Notes under the pieces: generated by a model
Databases searched by the model: none
Told to the model about the DNA's origin: nothing
Seen by the model: the letters and a program-made list of their open reading frames with translations, nothing else
Part shown: one piece after another, positions 25,824 to 32,000 of the stretch
How positions within the stretch are numbered: the first letter of the stretch is position 1
Layout of the letters: each line of letters begins with the position of its first letter
Assembly: GCA_965650385.1 (NCBI GenBank)
Contig: CBFGOM010000008.1
Location: forward strand, 12,849-44,848
DNA from: an uncultured Oscillatoriaceae bacterium
Lineage (GTDB): Bacteria; Cyanobacteriota; Cyanobacteriia; Cyanobacteriales; Laspinemataceae
Reading direction: 5' to 3'
DNA: 32,000 nt
Program-made: the position numbers and the translations under genes

Positions 25824-28751
25824 TTACTTCGCTTCCATCCAATTATCTCCCGCATGAATATCCACCATTAACGGAACCGAAAGCGGAACCGCCATTTCCA
25901 TTGTGGACTTAATGTGGGGTTGCAACTCCTCCCATTCATCCCGAGGAATTTCAAACACTAATTCATCATGCACTTGCAGCAATAACCGGGCTTGATACCC
26001 CTTTAAAACCTCATGCATTTTTACCATTGCTACTTTGATGATATCAGCGCTTGATCCTTGAATCGGTGCATTAGCAGCCGCCCGCAAATTCTGAGAATCT
26101 TGCATCCCCATCTTCTTATTCAACTTGTCTAAATCAATCAATTCTGGATTGGTTCCTTTGAGTTGATTAAGACTATCTCCTTGGAATTCAAAATATCGCC
26201 GCCGCCCTAAAATAGTTTCGACATATCCTTGGGCGATCGCCTGCTTTTGCAACCCATTCAAACAGTCAAAAACCTTACCATACCGTTCATAAAACCGCTT
26301 GATAAACAGCTTCCCTTCTTGAGAAGTTTTCCCGATCGCCCGCGCAAATCGGACGGAACCCATCCCATAAATAACTCCAAAATTAATCGTTTTCCCCATC
26401 CGTCTTTCTTCTGCCGTTACCGTTTCCTTTTCAAACAGCAATTGCGCCGTCACCGTATGCACATCTCGGTTATTTTGATAGGCTTCCATCAATACAGGTT
26501 CTTGACTCAAATGCGCCAAAATCCGTAACTCAATTTGGGAATAATCGGCAGATACCAATAACCATCCCTGTTCGGGCAAAAACGCCGATCGAATTTGACG
26601 CGAAAACTCTGTTTTAATGGGAATATTCTGTAAATTTGGATTAGAAGAAGACAATCTTCCCGTTGCGGTTGCCGCTTGATTGAAATTCGTATGCACCCGA
26701 TGAGTATCTTTCCGTACCATCTTAGGAAGTGCATCAACATAGGTTGATTTTAATTTGGCTAAAGTCCGATTTTCAATAATTAAATCCACCAGGGGATGTT
26801 CCCCTTGCAGTCGTTCTAACACTGCCGCATCCGTCGAGTAACCTGTCTTTGTTTTGCGAGATTTACTAATTGGCAAATCTAATTTTTCAAACAAAATATA
26901 ACTCAGTTGTTTAGGAGAGCCTAAATTAAATTCTTCCCCCGCCTCTTGATAGGCTCTTGTTTCTATTTCCTGCAATTGCGCCTCTAATTGCTGGGAGAAA
27001 GTCCCTAAATAGTCGCTATTAATTCTAATTCCAGTATATTCCATCTCTGCTAATACGGGTTCTAAGGGTTGTTCCACCTCTATTAACAGTTGATGCAGTT
27101 GGGATTTATCCGCTAGTTCTGCTTGTAGTTTCCCCACTAGCTGATAAGTCGTAAACACATCCAATCCGCAATACTGAGCCACTTTAGGAATGGCTAAATC
27201 AGCAATGGTTTGGCCTTTTGTCAAGTCTAAATTTTTATAACTTTCTGCGGTAACCTCTAAATATCGACTTGACACATCAGTGAGATTATTTGTTGTTTCG
27301 GGATTAATCAAATAACTCGCCAACAGCGTATCAAAGACTACTCCAGCGAGTTTAATTCCCTGACAACGCAACACGAGGCGGTCAAATTTGGCATTATGAA
27401 AGGCTTTCGGATAATTGCTACTTTCTAAAACAGGACGCAGTGCCTCTAGTACCTGATTTAATGGCAAATTTTGTCCGATTTTATGCCCAATGGGAAGATA
27501 GGCTAAATCCGCCTCACCACTTCCCCAACAACAGCCAATTCCCACTAATTCTGAGTCTCGGGGTTCTAAATCCGTCGTCTCTGTATCCCATGCCACAGGA
27601 TGCGCCGAATCGGTGTAAGTTTTCAGCCGCTTGACTAATTCTTCCAGCTTCTCAGGCGTATCGATAATTGCGGGATTAATCGGCGATGGGGCTACTTCTT
27701 TTACCGCTTCTGTTTCTTCTGCTGTCCAAAAAGAGGTATCATCATCGTGGGATGAAAAAGTAGAGGTGATAGGCTGACTTTCAGGAGTTTCTCTCTCTTC
27801 CGTTTGGACTAAAGATACTCCCCCAAATCGTTGCTGAAGTTGCTTGATTTTAGGGAGAAATGACTTAAATTCCAGTTGTTCTAAATGAGAGATAACGGCA
27901 ACTTCATCAAAGCCGCGTAATTGGCATTGGTCTAATTCTAGTTCTAAGGGGACATCAACGACAATTTGGGCCAAATGTTGGGAGTGATAAGCTTCGTCTT
28001 TACCTTCTTCTAATTTTTTGCGATTCGCGCCTTTAATGTCAGCGATCGCCTCATAAATTTTATCCAAACTGCCATAAGTGGTCAGCAACTTAATCGCCGT
28101 CTTATCCCCAATCCCTTTTACCCCGGGAATATTATCTGAAGCATCGCCGCAAAGGGCTTTATAATCCACCACCAATTCTGGCGGAATTCCCATCTTTTCT
28201 TGCACCTGTTCCGGCCCAAATTCCTGGGATTTTGCCCTCCCCGAACGACCGAAGGCATCACGACCCAAATAGAGCACACTGATTTGTTTTTCAGCATTGA
28301 CAAGCTGAAATAAATCGCGATCGCCCGTTAAAATCTTTACCTGAAAACCCGCCTCACTTGCCCGGGTTGCCAGCGTTCCTAACACATCATCCGCTTCATA
28401 ACCCGGGGCTGTCACAATTTGCAGATTCAGCGCCGTGAGCAATTCTTGTAAATATTTAAGATCCGTAATAAAATCTTCTGGAGTTTCCGCGCGATCGCTC
28501 TTATAAGTATCATCCGCTTCGTGGCGAAACGTCGGCAACCCCAAATCAAAAGCCACTGCCAAATATTGCGGGTCCTGAACCGCCATCACCTCAATCAGCG
28601 ACTTGAGAAACCCAAACGAGACACTCGTCGGAATCCCAGTCGAGGTACTCAAACCCCCATCCCGACTTTTTGCCAACGCATAATAGGACCGAAAGGCCAA
28701 AGAATGACCATCAACCAGGATAAAAGTAGGAGAAGTTGCAGACACGATCAA
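25824..28751 (-). CDS. polA: DNA polymerase I
   Basis: 975 aa with 5'-3' exonuclease, 3'-5' exonuclease-like region and polymerase motifs (SADYSQIELRILAHLS, RRMGKTINFGVIYGMG, LLQVHDELVFEIP). Confidence 0.98.
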   Translation of the reverse strand: MIVSATSPTFILVDGHSLAFRSYYALAKSRDGGLSTSTGIPTSVSFGFLKSLIEVMAVQDPQYLAVAFDLGLPTFRHEADDTYKSDRAETPEDFITDLKYLQELLTALNLQIVTAPGYEADDVLGTLATRASEAGFQVKILTGDRDLFQLVNAEKQISVLYLGRDAFGRSGRAKSQEFGPEQVQEKMGIPPELVVDYKALCGDASDNIPGVKGIGDKTAIKLLTTYGSLDKIYEAIADIKGANRKKLEEGKDEAYHSQHLAQIVVDVPLELELDQCQLRGFDEVAVISHLEQLEFKSFLPKIKQLQQRFGGVSLVQTEERETPESQPITSTFSSHDDDTSFWTAEETEAVKEVAPSPINPAIIDTPEKLEELVKRLKTYTDSAHPVAWDTETTDLEPRDSELVGIGCCWGSGEADLAYLPIGHKIGQNLPLNQVLEALRPVLESSNYPKAFHNAKFDRLVLRCQGIKLAGVVFDTLLASYLINPETTNNLTDVSSRYLEVTAESYKNLDLTKGQTIADLAIPKVAQYCGLDVFTTYQLVGKLQAELADKSQLHQLLIEVEQPLEPVLAEMEYTGIRINSDYLGTFSQQLEAQLQEIETRAYQEAGEEFNLGSPKQLSYILFEKLDLPISKSRKTKTGYSTDAAVLERLQGEHPLVDLIIENRTLAKLKSTYVDALPKMVRKDTHRVHTNFNQAATATGRLSSSNPNLQNIPIKTEFSRQIRSAFLPEQGWLLVSADYSQIELRILAHLSQEPVLMEAYQNNRDVHTVTAQLLFEKETVTAEERRMGKTINFGVIYGMGSVRFARAIGKTSQEGKLFIKRFYERYGKVFDCLNGLQKQAIAQGYVETILGRRRYFEFQGDSLNQLKGTNPELIDLDKLNKKMGMQDSQNLRAAANAPIQGSSADIIKVAMVKMHEVLKGYQARLLLQVHDELVFEIPRDEWEELQPHIKSTMEMAVPLSVPLMVDIHAGDNWMEAK

Positions 28752-28880
28752 TCCGTCCCCGTCAGAAATATACTAAACCATTGTATCGAACTCCAAGCCA
28801 GGGAGACCCCCAGATAGCACCCCTCGTAAGACAAAAGCGATCGCACTCCACTCCCTGAACTTCCCTAAACTCCTCACCCC

Positions 28881-30224
28881 TTACTGAATAATCGTACTGA
28901 CATCCACATCCGTGAGATTAGCCCCATCCAGATTCGCCCAATGTAAATTCGCCTTAGTCAAATCCGCCTCTCGCAAATCCGCCCCGCTTAAATTGGCCCC
29001 GCGCAAATCCGCCCGGGTTAAATCCACCCCCCGCAAATCCGCCTCAACCAAATTGACCTGATTCAAACTGGCCCCCGTTAAATCCGCCTCGCGCAAATCC
29101 GCCCATTTTAAATTCGCCCCGCGCAAATCTGCCCGAGTTAAATCCGCCTCGCGCAAATCCGCTTGAGTCAAATTCACCTTATTTAAACTCGCGCCAATCA
29201 TATCTGCACCCCGCAGATCTGACCCTTTCATATTTGCATCGGCTAAATAGGCTTTTCTGAGATTCGCCCGGGACAAATCCGTTCCCGTCATATCCGCTTC
29301 ACTTAAATTGGCACTACTTAACGTTGCTCCTCGTAAATCCGCCCCACTGAGGTCCACCCCGACCAGATTCACTTCCGATAAAGAGACATTCGGCGCAATC
29401 CAGTAGGCCCCTGCCAAACTCAAATCAATCCCTTCGCTGAGGATGGTTTTTAAATCATAAACCGCCTTTTGTAGGTTCGTCCCTTTAAAGTTGACCCCAG
29501 TGAGATTGGCACCACTCAAGTTCGCCCTAAACAGATTCGCCCCTTCTAAATTTGCCCCGATTAACTTGGCATAGCGCAAATTCGCCCCCCTGAGATCGGC
29601 GCGTTTTAGGTTAAATCCAGTCAAATCCACCCCACTCAGATTTGCTCCAGGCAAGGAAACATCGGACCCAATTAAATAAGCACCGGTTGTCTGGGGGTCG
29701 AGACCCTCACAGAAGCGGGTTCTCAAGTCATAAACGGCCTTTTGCAGGATGGTACCCCGCAGATCGGCTTCACTCAGATCCGTTCCGCTGAGGTTGGCAC
29801 CACTGAGATTCGCTTCCGCCAGCTTGGCCCCAATTAAATTAGCACCCTTGAGATTGGCACCGCGTAGATCCGCCTCACTCAGATCGGTGCCAACTAACAG
29901 TGACCCTTTGAAGTTAGCCCCTGTTAAGTTGCTCTCGCTGAGATTTGCTAAGTTTAAATTGGCATCGCTCAGATCCGCACCACTGAGGTTTGCTCCTTTT
30001 AAATCGGCCCCAATCAAGTCGGCATAACAGAGAATCGCTTCGCTTAAGTTAGCGCCCCTAAGTTTGGCATCTCGCAGATAGGCTCCGCGTAAGGATGCAC
30101 CAATCAAGTCTTTGTTGCTTAAATCCTGGGTCAAAAAGTTCGGGTTTTGGCTTTCCGAGCTTGGGGTAGCTGGATTGGGTAATTCTGGTGGGACGCGAAA
30201 GAAATTTTGGCTATTGTCTTGCAT
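28881..30224 (-). CDS. Pentapeptide repeat protein
   Basis: Dozens of tandem A(D/N)LXX repeats, interrupted by two related non-pentapeptide segments. Confidence 0.97.
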   Translation of the reverse strand: MQDNSQNFFRVPPELPNPATPSSESQNPNFLTQDLSNKDLIGASLRGAYLRDAKLRGANLSEAILCYADLIGADLKGANLSGADLSDANLNLANLSESNLTGANFKGSLLVGTDLSEADLRGANLKGANLIGAKLAEANLSGANLSGTDLSEADLRGTILQKAVYDLRTRFCEGLDPQTTGAYLIGSDVSLPGANLSGVDLTGFNLKRADLRGANLRYAKLIGANLEGANLFRANLSGANLTGVNFKGTNLQKAVYDLKTILSEGIDLSLAGAYWIAPNVSLSEVNLVGVDLSGADLRGATLSSANLSEADMTGTDLSRANLRKAYLADANMKGSDLRGADMIGASLNKVNLTQADLREADLTRADLRGANLKWADLREADLTGASLNQVNLVEADLRGVDLTRADLRGANLSGADLREADLTKANLHWANLDGANLTDVDVSTIIQ

Positions 30225-30403
30225 AACTCCCGAAGCTTGGCAACCGATCGCAGTTATCTACCACTGTAAATCAATGGTGCTTGGGTTTTGAACCGTCCCG
30301 GACTGCTGGATCAACCCGGGCGATCGCCCTTTTATGTCATCTATCCAGGTGACACTCTCTGGACGCCTTAAAATTTTGAGAATAACCTATCGCAACAGAT
30401 GGA

Positions 30404-30976
30404 GTGATCACAGTGGCATTAAAACTTTATGGCGGTGCTCGTTCTCGCGCATCAATCGTCCAGTGGTATTTGGAAGAACTGGGGATTCCCTATGAATTTG
30501 TGTTGTTAGATATGCAGTCTGGGGAACACTTACAGCCGGAATACCTGAAGATTAACCCCGTGGGAAAAGTCCCGGCCATTGTAGATGGTGACTTTCAACT
30601 CTGGGAATCCGGGGCAATTTTAGTGTACTTAGCCCAAAAGTACGGCAATGCAGGGAAATCCCCAGAAGAACAAGCCACCCTGAGTCAGTGGGTGATCTTT
30701 GCTAATGCGACATTCGGTCCCGGAATTTTTATTGAATCCAACCGCGATCGCGAATTGGGTCGATTAATGAAGCCCCTGAATCAAATTTTCACCTCCCATC
30801 CGTTTTTATTGGGTGACGAGTTTACCGTTGCCGATGTCGCTGTCGGTTCCATGTTGGCCTACAGCCAAATGATGCTCAAGTTGGATCTAAGCGAATATCC
30901 AGCAGTGCTTGAATATATCAAACGCATCGGCGATCGGCCCGCTTTTCAGAAAACCATCGGTTCCCGTGCTCAGTAG
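30404..30976 (+). CDS. Glutathione S-transferase family protein
   Basis: LKLYGGARSRASIVQWYLEELGIPYEFVLLD...YLKINPVGKVPAIVDGDFQLWESGAILVYLAQKYG, N- and C-terminal GST domains. The start may be GTG 30413. Confidence 0.93.
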   Translation: MITVALKLYGGARSRASIVQWYLEELGIPYEFVLLDMQSGEHLQPEYLKINPVGKVPAIVDGDFQLWESGAILVYLAQKYGNAGKSPEEQATLSQWVIFANATFGPGIFIESNRDRELGRLMKPLNQIFTSHPFLLGDEFTVADVAVGSMLAYSQMMLKLDLSEYPAVLEYIKRIGDRPAFQKTIGSRAQ

Positions 30977-31166
30977 ACTGCTTGCCAAATTCTAAACCGC
31001 CCTTCATAAGGCGGGTTGCCGGGAGCAAATCAATAGTTTGGAAAAGCTCTAGTAAACTTCTTGCTTTCATCCCGAATTGATCCCCCTCCCGTTCCCCTTC
31101 AAAAGGGGGAGGCCAAAAGGCATTGAGAGGGAGGAAGGGGTAGAGGGCAGGCTGTTGTTTAGATCG

Positions 31167-31198
31167 GGAAAGGGGCGCTCAACTGAGCGCCCCTTTCC
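31167..31198 (-). terminator. Strong hairpin downstream of psbK, likely terminator
   Basis: GGAAAGGGGCGCTCA-AC-TGAGCGCCCCTTTCC, perfect inverted repeat with 15-bp arms between the convergent GST and psbK genes. Confidence 0.7.
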
Positions 31199-31235
31199 TT
31201 GTTGATAGCCTTGAAATTGGATGGAAGGCGGTAAT

Positions 31236-31373
31236 TTATCTGAAACCGACCGCTGCTTGCCACACGAAAGCCAGCAACAAGAAAAACACGGGGATAATTG
31301 GCAAAACATCTACCAGGGGATCGAAAATCGAGTAGGCTTCGGGTAGTTTTGCCAGTAATAGTGCTGCTTCCAT
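31236..31373 (-). CDS. psbK: Photosystem II reaction center protein K, 45 aa
   Basis: Minus-strand translation: [45 protein letters not shown], with GAGAGGGAG upstream of the ATG. Absent from the ORF track. Confidence 0.98.
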   Translation of the reverse strand: MEAALLLAKLPEAYSIFDPLVDVLPIIPVFFLLLAFVWQAAVGFR

Positions 31374-31533
31374 GTTGATATCTCCCTCTCAAACAGAAAT
31401 TTCATAATCGACACAGATTTTAACATAAGGGAGGATGGGGATATCATTTTTCTGCCAGAGCATCGGGACAAAACCCGGGTTTCTTGTCGTGGGGATCTCC
31501 AATGATTCCGAACTCCTCCCCGAAGCCTAGGCC

Positions 31534-32000
<467 letters not shown>

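Noticed and set aside
25619-25912. 97-aa plus-strand ORF overlapping the polA 3' end
   Set aside because: Composition and overlap with polA suggest a chance ORF.
28881-30224. CRISPR-like periodic repeats
   Set aside because: The periodicity is in 15-nt units of a pentapeptide-repeat coding sequence, not repeats separated by unique spacers. No CRISPR array or cas gene was seen in the window.

Overview
This 32 kb window comes from a filamentous-type cyanobacterial chromosome: HIP1 octamers (GCGATCGC) are very frequent and cyanobacterial hallmark genes are present. Most of it is core gene content: murQ (5' truncated), raf1, a GT39-like membrane glycosyltransferase, a Ser/Thr protein kinase, a DUF4349 lipoprotein, a UvrD/Rep-type helicase, petN (29 aa, absent from the ORF track), a DJ-1/PfpI protein, a YggU/DUF167 protein, an ABC-2 permease, an ECF-type Co/Ni transporter locus (cbiM/cbiQ/cbiO plus a NikK-like protein), a K+ channel, two bacterioferritin-like paralogs, FTR1-like iron permease, MOSC protein, polA, a pentapeptide repeat protein, a GST, psbK (45 aa, absent from the ORF track) and tgt (5' truncated). 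The two accessory-looking modules are: (1) a compact candidate Type II restriction-modification system at 9018-11348 (divergent beta-class DNA methyltransferase, an 84-aa C-protein-like HTH regulator, and a PD-(D/E)XK-like protein coupled by a 1-nt overlap), with a perfect 11-bp inverted repeat in the control region; and (2) a solitary C5-cytosine methyltransferase whose ~1.6 kb module is bounded by identical 16-bp direct repeats covering the stop codons of the two convergent neighbours. I found no clearly new multi-gene system. The best leads are these two modules, the degenerate second ferritin paralog next to FTR1/MOSC, the split Co/Ni transporter locus, and a small palindromic repeat that appears to be translated inside the GT39-like gene.
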